Assembly: GCA_032718475.1 (NCBI GenBank)
Contig: JAUCBJ010009103.1
Location: 124,001 to 188,000, forward strand
Origin: Nemertoderma westbladi
Taxonomy: Eukaryota > Animalia > Xenacoelomorpha
Length of the DNA: 64,000 nt
Reading direction: 5' to 3'
Below the pieces are notes generated by a model. It saw only the letters and a list, made by a program, of their open reading frames with translations, did not search any database and had not been told where the DNA came from. A program made the translations under genes and the position numbers. Positions 12,778 to 23,580 of the stretch are shown piece by piece; position 1 is the stretch's first letter, and each line of letters begins with the position of its first letter.

Positions 12778-12791
12778 GTAGTAAATGCAAA
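12778..12791 (+). promoter_or_regulatory. Primer-binding-site position, GTAGTAAATGCAAA, complementary to LTR 11854-11867
   Basis: Lies immediately after the 5' LTR, lacks the TGG start of tRNA PBSs, and is the exact reverse complement of TTTGCATTTACTAC in both LTRs. Confidence 0.65.
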
Positions 12792-13708
12792 ATTATTTAA
12801 TAATTTATTTTCAGAAAATTTTGAAATAAAAGTTTTAGAAAGTTAAAAAATTGGATAAAGTTTGACTGATAAAATTCTAGAACAAAGTGATCTTTGGAAT
12901 CGTGAGTTCGATTTTCTGTTTTGTATTCAGGTTGTGGCGAATTTGAATTTAATTTTGCCTTTAAATTTTGGACAAAATTTGTAATTTACAGTAGGGTAAA
13001 TCTGCCAGGCCACCGCTGATTTCTCTATACAACTTACAGGTACGGGTAAAGTCACTGCAAATGAGTTCGGGAGCCCGGAGACGCAAAATCCGTCGGTGCA
13101 TTCGTGGTCCGCGCAACCCACGATTACTTTGGCATTCGAAGAAACGCGACTTCAGGGGTCCGAGGTTGGTCGTAGTGTCAGTAGCTGTGTTTGTGAGATC
13201 TATAGATCAATTTTGTGGTAGTCTGCTGGTTTGTATATACATATATACTAGGTATATAGTGGCGTACCGGTATATATCAGACTTTGATGTTATTATACTT
13301 TCCCGATTTTTTTTGAACACAAATGTGTCAACAATTTGTGTTTGTAAGCACGCGTTTTTGTAAACCATCGATTTCCCCAGAAAAGTTCCATTGATGCCTA
13401 GCGGGGCCTTTTAAATTTAAAATAAAATATATTATATATATATTTTAAAAACTTTACAGCATAAAACCTATTATGATAGTCAATATATCGCGGTAAATTT
13501 GAAATTCGAAAGTTGGTAAATTTCGAATATTTTTTGAGTTATAAATATATAGAATATATATAACCCGCGATATTGTTATAATATTTCCCATCGCGGTAAT
13601 AAATAGCTTACCTATTTTATAAGCTGACCTATTTTATTATATACCGCACATCATTTAGTCAATTTGACTACTGTTTAAATAAATTAAGTAATCAAACCTA
13701 TCCTGACA

Positions 13709-16700
13709 ATGAGTCAGACATCCCAGACAGACGTTCCGGTAACGGATGATTTCGAGACAGCTGATGGACTCAGTCAGCAACTTGACGTGTCAGTTACACC
13801 AGACACTGAGACTATTAGTGAGCCTGCCACACAACCAGCAGGTGTCGTTGCCACTGAAGGATTAATAGCAGAGGGTGGTGCTCACACACTAATCGACACA
13901 CAGCACCCTGACTCTGAAATTCCTGACGCCGACAGTAGCGACTATTCAGACACTTCCTTAAGGCGTCCAGCTATTACTAAGAGTGCCGGTGGTTACATGG
14001 GTAAGGTAACCAAAGTGACGAACTGGCTGACAACTTTACTAGACCAATCAGCTTACGATCCAGCTGACCTAGGGGAAATAATTGACAAATATAACATGAC
14101 ATTGAGACAGCAGGTCATTAACCTGCAGGAACTGGTCACAGTCGCTGAAAGGCGGAGACAAGGTAAGTTACTAACATCCCTATATGACAAGTTACAAGTG
14201 ATTAGGGACAACTTTTTGCGATTAAATAAGCGTGTAAACGCTCTTAGACAGGAATACCGAGGTAGTTTGACAGAAGGTGTAGACACCGACACCTTTGACT
14301 CTGAGGAGTTTGAGTTAGTAAAATGGTGTCAGAATTTCCAGAAGGAGTTAGAACAATACTTTAGGAAAAAGGGAGTTGTAGTTGCTGGGCTGCCTTTACC
14401 CACTAGAGAGAATATTGCAGATGCAGATAGCAACCCTTCACAGGTAGGTCGGAGTAGATATCGGCAAACGAGCTCGGTAAGTTCGCAGTCTGTTACAGCA
14501 TCGCAGCTGGTGACGCTGAAGCGGCTGAGCGAAGATGGCCGCCGAGCGAAGCAAATCCAAATCCAGTTTCAACAGGAAGAGGAGATTAGAAAGAGCACTG
14601 AGTTAGCTGAAGTAGAGCTAAAGCGACTAACTACAGATATTTCTCGCCTCAGTATCACCGAGGAGGTGCCAGATGTATCAGCATTAGAGGAGGCTAATAA
14701 AGGAGAGCGGGAAGCATATGCACGTATTCTAACGATCGAACGCGAGGAAGCTGAGCGTGAAGCACAGCGCGAGACTGCACGCTTGGAAGCTGAACAGGTA
14801 ACAGCTGAACGACTCCAGCTTTTAGCGGAAACGGAGCGGATTAAGAAGGATAAACTGGCAGCCATTGAACGTAAACAACTTGAAAGTGAGTCAAGCCTTC
14901 GCATGCAGCGTATAGCAGAGGAGAATCAGCGCATCACAAGGGAGCGCGAACTTGCACGAAAGAAGGCTGAACTGCGTGAGAAACAGGAGGAACTTATGCT
15001 CCAACAGCAACAGCGATTTAGGGATGATGAGCGTCGACGGAAAGCAGAAGAGCTAGAGGATAACCGCCGGAGTATAGCGCTCCAACTTGAGGAAGCACAA
15101 ACTACTTGGCGCTGCAATCGAATGGAGTCGCTACTAAGTGGGGTTGACCATGTAGCTTCATCAGTAGAACGCTTCAACCGAACTCATGACAAGCATGGAA
15201 TGGAGTCCAAGGTTCACTTCATAGATTCCTTCCATCGACAATTTGCTGGTAAAGGTTGGGTACCGCCAGAGGATGACTCCCCACCTAGCGTGATCGTGGA
15301 GCGGCGTCCTCGAGGTGAGTCAGATCGGCGGCGAAATGCTCCACCTTTTGCGAGTTCAGGTATGTACAACCTAACAGAAAATGTTCTGAATTCACCAAAT
15401 GACAAATGGCAAACAGATTTAGGTGTTCCGAATGATCACCGACATATCGACCACCTGTCTCCGTACCACGCACAGGGATGCAAATGTTTGACCTGCCAGC
15501 CTATATCACCAATTGGAGCGGAGCCGTCTAATCCATTATCCAACGTTGAGTCCAAAGAAAAATTCAGGACTAAGGAAGTTGAGCAACCTCGCAGATGGAA
15601 TGAATCTCCAGGTGAAGGGAAATATATTCCAAATGAAACGAATAACCAGCCTCAGATCTCATTAGAACAATTGAAGGATGCTATCCAAGAGAGCAACCGT
15701 GGGGTGATCAACGAGGTCAGGCATGTTCAGGACCAGATCTTGGATGTACAACAGCAGGTGGATGGGGTCCAGGAACGTGTCGTGGGGGTTCATGAGCGAG
15801 TCGACGGAGTGCAGGAGCGAGTTCAACGCGTTCAAGGTCAAGTTAGCCAGGAATTCGAGCAGGTGAGATGGTCAGTGAAGGAGGTTCATGAGCAGATGGA
15901 GAGGGCCAAGCTAGAGATGGAAAAGAACAAGTTATCTGGCGTGAAACTGACTGTTCACCCCGAGACTAAACTGAAACCTCCAGTTGTAGATTGCAGGACC
16001 GATTCCGAAGAAGAATTGGATTGTCAACCAACGATTAACCATAAGGGTGTTTATGTGGGGGAGAGTCCGCGCATTCGAACAAGGGTAATCACTCCCAGCA
16101 AAACGCCAACTATCACACCCAAGTCCAAGACTGCTCACACTTTTGTAGCGCCTAGGGTGGATGTGGAAAATCCAGCACCAGTAAATGCGATTGCGACTGA
16201 GTTGTCAAAATTTACAGCAAGGCAAAGTTTACCAACTACACAACCACCATGTTTCACTGGGATATCCAAACATTGGAGAAATTTTATTAGCTACATTGAT
16301 GCTAGTGTGGCGTCACAAGATTTTACATCCCAGGAAAAGTTCTCATATTTATATCAACTATTACGGGGAGAACCAAAGGAACTGGTTAGTACTTTCATGG
16401 GAGATGATAATGCATTTCAGATGGCTTATGACAGGTTAGTAACCACCTATGGTGGAGATGTCAAAATGGCCAGGTCAGTGGTAGATGAATTGACAAAGGG
16501 GGGCTTATGTACTACACCCATAGAGTTAGTAAAACTAGCTGATGCTATTAAATCGGCTATGAATATCTTACCGGTTTACGGTTGTGAACATTATGGCGCT
16601 AGACCCGACATTCTAGCAGCCTTAATGGGACGACTAGATGTGCGACATAGGCGTAAGGTAAGAGGGATAGAACGGCGTGTAGAAGCCAGGGGCGAACCCC

Positions 16701-18064
16701 TGTCCATCAAACATATCTATGACGTCATCTCAGCAGAAGGTGAAGCTGACTTGCGATCTAATTATTCTGAGGAATATTTGGGTTATAACAAAAAACAATC
16801 CCTTAAATATCGAACAATGGTTAGTGCAGGGGATTATAATACAACCTATAATACTTTATCTGAAAAGAAGGTAGTTAGTACAGGAGGTAGTTTTGGAAAT
16901 AGCGCCAAAACTAGTAAAGTAGCATCACCCATTGGTCCGAAGGCAATTAAGATACAACAGTTGCCTGAGGATTTTAAAGGGTGCCAATATTGTCACCAAT
17001 TAACTCAAAGGTCTAATGACCATAGACTGGCGAGTTGTAACCTATTTTCTAAGCTAGACGTGGACAAGCGCCGTCTAGTTATTAGATCTTTAGACGCTTG
17101 TTGGAAATGCTTGGCAGTAGGCCATAAGCGCCGAGCCTGCACTGCCACTAATGTAAGTAATGGGTGTGCTGATTGCGGCAGGTTACACCATAGGTTGCTG
17201 CACACGCCTCAACACACTCCAACTAAGAAATACTTGAAGGACCACCCGACCAAGGTAGTTCGACCAAATGAAACCAGGAAGCTCCAGGTAACTTTCGCCC
17301 AGACTAGCCATACCGATGATAATTATCAGTCTGGATCAAGTGAAGAGGATTATAGTGGTGAGACCTCAGAGTCGGAATACGGTAGGACCGATTGCGATTC
17401 AGAACCCAGCACTACCCTGCTTACACGGACACAGTCAGCATCATTTAGCGTAATACCTATTAAGATCCAAGGTAAGTACGGCTCGAAACGCATTTATTGT
17501 TTATTAGACCATGCTTCAAATCAAAGCTATGTAGACGAGGAAATAGCTAGCGTGGTTGTGGATGTAGATCGACTAGAGTCCTCCACAATGAATGTAGGAT
17601 CGTTACATGGTCGCAGAGATGTCACTGTTAAATATGTCATGTTAACCATTGACTCTTTACTACCAAAGGAGGGGTTGTCAGACATAGAACAAAATTTGCT
17701 GCCGATTCACTGCTTAAAGTTCGCAGCCATACGCGATTTTACTCAGTTGCTAGGACCCGTATCAATGCCAAATAAAACGCAGAAGGAATATTTTAGGAAA
17801 CATCACATACCGGAACATCGTGTAGACTATCGCAATATAGCGATGATTATCGGCACTGATCAATTCAATGCACACAGAGTGTTGGAATATCGACCAAAGT
17901 TATGGACGCCGAATGAACCATACTCATGCAGAACACTATTGGGTTGGTACACACGGTTCCCATTAGATTGGCGTGGTAATGTTTCCGAATATTTACTGGA
18001 CGATTATCATTATCGACATAGACAAGCTGACACTTTGACAACTAACTTAGGTGAAGGAAGATAA
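13709..18064 (+). CDS. BEL/Pao Gag-aspartic protease polyprotein (1451 aa)
   Basis: Uninterrupted ORF with an E/R-rich coiled coil and a DUF1759-like capsid region (PPCFTG..WRNF...EKFSYLYQLLRGEPKELV). Zinc knuckles CQYC..H..C, CWKC..GH..C and CADC..HH.LLH. Protease motif LLDHASNQSYV, then IIGTD and RTLLGW, then a stop. Confidence 0.92.
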   Translation: MSQTSQTDVPVTDDFETADGLSQQLDVSVTPDTETISEPATQPAGVVATEGLIAEGGAHTLIDTQHPDSEIPDADSSDYSDTSLRRPAITKSAGGYMGKVTKVTNWLTTLLDQSAYDPADLGEIIDKYNMTLRQQVINLQELVTVAERRRQGKLLTSLYDKLQVIRDNFLRLNKRVNALRQEYRGSLTEGVDTDTFDSEEFELVKWCQNFQKELEQYFRKKGVVVAGLPLPTRENIADADSNPSQVGRSRYRQTSSVSSQSVTASQLVTLKRLSEDGRRAKQIQIQFQQEEEIRKSTELAEVELKRLTTDISRLSITEEVPDVSALEEANKGEREAYARILTIEREEAEREAQRETARLEAEQVTAERLQLLAETERIKKDKLAAIERKQLESESSLRMQRIAEENQRITRERELARKKAELREKQEELMLQQQQRFRDDERRRKAEELEDNRRSIALQLEEAQTTWRCNRMESLLSGVDHVASSVERFNRTHDKHGMESKVHFIDSFHRQFAGKGWVPPEDDSPPSVIVERRPRGESDRRRNAPPFASSGMYNLTENVLNSPNDKWQTDLGVPNDHRHIDHLSPYHAQGCKCLTCQPISPIGAEPSNPLSNVESKEKFRTKEVEQPRRWNESPGEGKYIPNETNNQPQISLEQLKDAIQESNRGVINEVRHVQDQILDVQQQVDGVQERVVGVHERVDGVQERVQRVQGQVSQEFEQVRWSVKEVHEQMERAKLEMEKNKLSGVKLTVHPETKLKPPVVDCRTDSEEELDCQPTINHKGVYVGESPRIRTRVITPSKTPTITPKSKTAHTFVAPRVDVENPAPVNAIATELSKFTARQSLPTTQPPCFTGISKHWRNFISYIDASVASQDFTSQEKFSYLYQLLRGEPKELVSTFMGDDNAFQMAYDRLVTTYGGDVKMARSVVDELTKGGLCTTPIELVKLADAIKSAMNILPVYGCEHYGARPDILAALMGRLDVRHRRKVRGIERRVEARGEPLSIKHIYDVISAEGEADLRSNYSEEYLGYNKKQSLKYRTMVSAGDYNTTYNTLSEKKVVSTGGSFGNSAKTSKVASPIGPKAIKIQQLPEDFKGCQYCHQLTQRSNDHRLASCNLFSKLDVDKRRLVIRSLDACWKCLAVGHKRRACTATNVSNGCADCGRLHHRLLHTPQHTPTKKYLKDHPTKVVRPNETRKLQVTFAQTSHTDDNYQSGSSEEDYSGETSESEYGRTDCDSEPSTTLLTRTQSASFSVIPIKIQGKYGSKRIYCLLDHASNQSYVDEEIASVVVDVDRLESSTMNVGSLHGRRDVTVKYVMLTIDSLLPKEGLSDIEQNLLPIHCLKFAAIRDFTQLLGPVSMPNKTQKEYFRKHHIPEHRVDYRNIAMIIGTDQFNAHRVLEYRPKLWTPNEPYSCRTLLGWYTRFPLDWRGNVSEYLLDDYHYRHRQADTLTTNLGEGR

Positions 18065-19212
18065 AAAGAAGATCATAACAGACCTAAATAAAGATTTATA
18101 AAAATAAAGTATATGTTTTATGTCATCATAGATAATTCCAGTAATGTATGTTTTTTAACATACATTGGGGCGGTATGCTCTACGAGTTCTGGAATTATAC
18201 TTACAGATTTGGCGAAAATAATTATTTTAAATTATTTATCGAGAAAATATATTTTTTAATTTTTAATTTTATTGAAAATTTTTTAATTTCCAAAAGGAAA
18301 TAAGTGAAAAGGAGTAAATTACATAAATACGAGATAAAATGTAACAGCGATAACATCAAAGTCACGTATTGCAAAACTCAGAATTGCCATTGGGTTCCAC
18401 AGACATAGTTTACTCGATAGTGCGATCAGTTTTGGATGTTTGTTGTCGCGTCACGTGTGCATTGACAGCGTCCGGTTTTCCGAAATCGTTTGTGTCATAT
18501 TTCATTATTGATCACACACCCGCTTCACCTTCATTCATTTTAGGCGTTATATATATTTGGGAGGGTACTTCCGTTCTACTAGATAGGTCCAATTTAATTT
18601 AATTTGAGTTAAATCCTTTAATAAACGCGCGAGAATGTGAAGCGAGGAGGGCGACCGACGCGTCGCGACAACCTCTGGGGCCAGGTTTTGGGCGAGGCGC
18701 ATTTTGCACCTTCAATCCCGCAAGGAAAGGGAATGGGCCGTGGTAAACTATCGACTGTTATCTGAATCCCAACGAATCCTGGTTTTGCCCAAAACCTGAA
18801 GGCGGTTCTAGATTCGCTCTAGAATGCGCAGTGGTGGCACAGCTTTATTCGTTTCTATTTAATTTATGTTTGATTAAACCGAATTGAGAAGAATTATATT
18901 TGTAAGCTCTGAAGAATATGTAAATTGATCTAAATTAATTTTTATGTCAGAAAAGTGTTTGGATTATATTTTGATTTATTACATACGTAGATTTGATTAA
19001 AGAATAGTAAATATTCAAATGTTGAAAGAAAGTTTAATTTGTATGTAATTTTGAACTCATTTATAGTGATGCTGTAGATTACAGTACGGGAAGTTCTCTA
19101 GGAACTGAAGATGTTGACATGTTGCATAGCAACCCCGATTATTTTACACTTCTCTGTGACAATTATAATTGGTGAACACCATATCATATTATATTATCAA
19201 GTTTTGTCTAAC

Positions 19213-19295
19213 AGGCTGTTAGCTCACTCGGTAGTGCGTCGATGCACAAATCTATAGGTTAGGGGTTCGATCCTTATGAAGGAATTGGAATTTTT
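19213..19295 (+). other. tRNA-derived sequence (SINE head or tRNA pseudogene) inside the LTR element
   Basis: A-box-like TAGCTCACTCGG (19220), B-box GGTTCGATCC (19264) and a T5 run at 19291. Acceptor and anticodon stems are degenerate. Confidence 0.6.
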
Positions 19296-19575
19296 GTATA
19301 TTATTTCAAACAAACTAATATTTGGTTTAAAATTAAATTACCTTTATGAATGAAATATTTATTTATATTCGTAATATTATTCGTAGTATTGTGCGAAAGA
19401 ATATTTTGTATTGTTTAGTAATAATTTGGAACTCGATCTAATTACAAATAATATTACTTAAATACTCATCTTATCTGTGCAATATAATGTTTTAGATCTA
19501 TTAGTTATTACTGTAGTTTGTATACCGTGTACTTGGAAGCATCGTAGCTATATAGATAGCCGCTATCGATGCTTC

Positions 19576-19582
19576 GGGGCGG
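19576..19582 (+). promoter_or_regulatory. Polypurine tract (GGGGCGG)
   Basis: Directly abuts the TG of the 3' LTR and follows a 9-bp hairpin stem (GAAGCATCG/CGATGCTTC, 19536-19575). Confidence 0.7.
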
Positions 19583-21327
19583 TGTTGGCGAGAGTACACG
19601 CCATTGTAATATTCTTATCGAAAGATATTAGATTAGCTTAGTTATCTTTAGGTACGCACCAAGAAAATTTTTGATATTTTATAATATATTATGGTCAGTC
19701 ATATTGTCGTAAGAAATCTAAAATCTACTGTATAAATTACCTAATATGTGTGCAACGATACCTACAAATAACATTAGGTAAGTATTATTTAAACAACCCA
19801 CCAAAAAATATATTTAAAAAGGTGCCATTTGCTACATTTCTATTGGACGCCAGTCTTGCATTAGGCCAGGCGGGCATATGATTCATTCTATGTTTATAAG
19901 TCACAATACTTGTACTCTTTAACTCTAAAATTCTGAATTCTGTACCGTGCTGCTGTACTTGTGTACTGCTGTACTGGAATATGTACCGGTCCGGTGCTGC
20001 CTGACTGATTATACAATTTAAATTTAATTAATTTTACATATTAATATTCTGCAATGTGCTGATCAACAATACAGACTTTTAAAACCTAGTCCGCGGTCAG
20101 TGCTGTGCAGAGCCTACCGTCAGACCGTGCTGTCGTACCTTGCAACCTTGAAGGCGGTGAATCCCTGTGATATGGAGTAGGGATCATCTAGGCCCGACGC
20201 AGGCCTATGGAATGTGAAAGGGGGAAAGTCTGAGATGCGTTAGCTAACAAAAATCAGGGAAGTTGAACTATTGTACCAGGCCAGCCACTGCAGTAAGCGT
20301 TGTATTTGTTTTAAAATAGGGGAGATTAACCGCATTACAGTAATTTAGTTGCTTGGCGTTTATTTTGGGGCCCAAAAAAGGGGCACAGTTGACTTTGTTA
20401 CCCTTTGCATTTACTACCAGGTGTCAAGTTATGAGGTCAATTGTGACTGATAACAGGGCAGCAGGGGTAAGTGGTGAAGTGTAGGCGCCTAGCTAAAAAT
20501 TGTGCGGTGTGATTAGGCTAAGCCAAATAAGGGAGGTTCGGGAGGTGCGTCCTGATTGTTACTACAGGATTAGCGCCCTAGTTTGTGAGCTTCTTTGTGA
20601 GGGTTCATTGGGTTTTATTTTGCTTTATTCATTCATGCCCTGATGGTTTGTTGTGGGATTAGCTTGGCGTTGAGAAATAAATATATATACCAAGTTTCGG
20701 CTTACTATCGTTACCTACGGTCTTGGGAGGTGAACGAAAATAAGTTTTTATCATCACGGAACCGTATTTTATTTTCTCATCTCATTTTAACCCATTTCAC
20801 AATTCCTACAGGTACATTTGTATAGCGAAGCCAAGGTTTACCCTTTTTCCCTTACCTGCTGCTTGATGAACAACGATACTTGCGTCAAACAAAAGCCAAA
20901 GGGTGATAAACATTATTTTGATCTATCTATGCCAAAACCCCCTTACTAGAAACATACATTTTTACATTGCAAAACTATAAAACGGTTTCATTCTAGAATA
21001 TTTTCGGATAAAATTATGTAATATTGTTTTGGACCTCGCCACTATTTGAATTACACTGCAGATCGGATCGAGTCGGGATTCCAACTGGATTACTGGGTTG
21101 TTGTAAAATAAATTATTTAAGCGAGTGGGTATCTCGCATTATTGCCAGAAAGTTGTAGAAAATTATCAAATTAAAATATTTAGATTTCCCTTTGTAGCGG
21201 GTGTTTTCTGCAATCATTACCGGTATGGATTTTAGCAGGGTTATATGTGCTATTTGAGCACAAATAACTGTAGCTGCATTTGGATGGATTTTCAACAGTA
21301 TTGGATTAGCTGCTGTTGGATTTATCA
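19583..21327 (+). repeat. 3' LTR (1745 bp)
   Basis: Same termini as the 5' LTR and followed by the TSD ATTCC. Confidence 0.97.
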
Positions 21328-22099
21328 ATTCCTACAGACTCAAAAATCACTTTAATACAGTATCATGGTGCCATTATCTGGAACACATTAGATGTCAACA
21401 CAAAAAAACATTAAGACAAAAATTTACTAGGAAGAAATATAAAGAAAAATCTAATTTTATGAACTTGATTAGTACAATAATTGAATAAATATATATACAA
21501 ATTGAATGGGCAAATAAATAATTGAATAACTACAAAATGTATTTTTTTTTTTTAAAGTTAAATATTATTTAATTCAAATAACGCTAAACACAAAATAATC
21601 GACGGCAATCCACGTTGTTTTGTCCCCCCCCCCCCCCCCCCCCCTCTCTGCCTTCCCCTCCCCTCCAATTTATCCAGTCCCTCTCCCCTCAATTGCCCAA
21701 TGTCAGGTGCTGACAGACTAGTACCCGCTAGGCCTATTGTCAACTCCTGTCAGTGCACTTAAAAATTATAGAAAAAAAGAGAACTCAAAAAATTTACTAA
21801 AATTATCTAAAATGCTTTGTTAAAATTAATAATCATTACATTTTATAATCATAATTGTATATGTGCTTGGCCAAATTGAAGGAAAATAAATAATAATATA
21901 TTAATCATTTATTCCACATTTCGCCGAAATAATAACAAATGACGTCACTTTCTACAGTAAAATGTCTAAACTTTGTATATGAAAATAAGTTTAACGATTC
22001 CCGGTTTTTTTTATCTACTACTTCTACTACTACAATCGGTATGCTGCATTATATTGTTATAAATAATAATCTCAAATTATTTTTAATTAATCTCAAAAG

Positions 22100-23050
22100 A
22101 TTTGGAGGTACGTTTCACTTTTGCATATGAGATGGTGGAACCCATGCGAAGTGGCGCAGGTTATGTGGAGGCGGTTACGCTGCCCGGCGAGTTTCCAGAC
22201 TGAGCTGGAGAAGCCTGGGCCGGAGGCGTAGTGTTCATTCGCAAAGTTGGCCTCGCGGTTACGACGGAACTCTTTGTAAGCGGCAGTGACATTTGCGTTG
22301 AATGATTCCAGGTACTTATTACACAGTTTCCATGAAAGGCGACTCATTGACTAATTTTAAAGCAAGGGTGGAGGAAGCAGATATGTGTTGACTGAGCATT
22401 CTTTTGATATGGTGGGTCGGAATATAAAACGAGGTAATCTGCATAGAATAAGAGCTTGATGAGGCAGCAAGCGCTGGTCAGTGTGTGGGCGAGGTCGGCT
22501 ATAAATATGATGAAACATGTGGGCGAAAGGCAGTCGCCTTGGAGAATTCCGCGGAGCTGTTTAATACTGTAATATGTTAACTGCAGTCCATCATGAACGC
22601 GGATGGAGTTGTTCAGCAGATCCTTAATGATATCATAAGTTTTTCCTTTTATTCCGAATGGATGTATCTTATGTAGAAGGACAGCTCGACTGACGACGTC
22701 GGATACCTTCCTGAAGTCTACAAAGGCCGCGTACTTCATTCGCTTGTCGTTTACGGGATGTTGGAATGTCGCTGTTACTGTATGTCGGCTAATAGTTTCT
22801 CTACAGCTTGGCGATTAGATCTGCCGGGAATAAACCCGTATTGGTCGTCTGGTAAGAGATTAACAATGTGACGGAGGATACGTTTGTTGAAAATATAAGT
22901 TAGTGTCTTCAAGATTACAGATAGGAGGGCGATACCTCGGTAATTATCAAGGTCATTAACTGCTCCTTTACTTTTGTACAGTATTTTAATTATGCTCTCT
23001 TTCCACTGTGTGGGCAGTCTCCCTAGGTTTAAACATATGTTAAATAACAT
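22100..23050 (-). pseudogene. LINE ORF2 relic (RT domain, RTE-X-like), related to 54941-56341
   Basis: Broken frames give NYRGIALL..QYGFIPGRS, FVDFRK, GILQGDCLSP, YADY and RNRLHITCATSHGFHHLIC. Confidence 0.85.
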
Positions 23051-23059
23051 TAATAAGAA

Positions 23060-23580
23060 CGCCAGTTATGGATGGGGCTGCGGCTTTAATGTGTTCGACA
23101 AAATTGCGCCGCCACAACTCCCTATCACCCATATCATTTGCTAGATCATCCGCATCTTCAAGGCCAGTGTCTTTTAAGATGCGTCCCAAGAAAGCCATGG
23201 GCTGTCCACCATGCTTATTCATTCCATGAGACTGCCAAAGTACACGATTATGCACTGGCTGGTCCTCACGGCGAAAGCAATGTCCTGCAAAGCGGAGGCG
23301 GTTCTGTTCAAGTCTCAAAGCTAGGGGAGATTAATGGAACACCTCCAATGTTGTATAGAGTCTGATTGGATATGTGATCATTGTACTTGACACAATGAAT
23401 CCGGCGCAGGATTCTGTGAAAGTGCCATGCAGAGATTTGGTATCCTCTGCAGTTAGAGCCCAGCATGGACTCCCATATAAGAGTACTTACTACTGGTACT
23501 ACTACTGCCATAAATAATCGAACCTTTAAGGTTCCGTTTTATTCTATGGGACTTCCAAACCCTGTACAGACTTAGACTAT
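23060..23580 (-). mobile_element. RTE-like LINE 3' fragment
   Basis: RLRFAGHCFRREDQPVHN...DRELWRRNFV, with frameshifts. Confidence 0.8.

Larger units (their letters stand above)
11022..21327 (+). mobile_element. BEL/Pao LTR retrotransposon, non-autonomous (Gag-protease only)
   Basis: TG...CA LTRs of 1756 and 1745 bp. Perfect 5-bp TSD ATTCC (11017-11021 and 21328-21332). BEL-type Gag with three Cys/His knuckles. G-rich PPT before the 3' LTR. Confidence 0.95.

Noticed and set aside
14053-17205. Short antisense and alternate-frame ORFs within gag (similar ones occur within C2CD5)
   Set aside because: Shadow ORFs of real coding sequence with no independent motifs.
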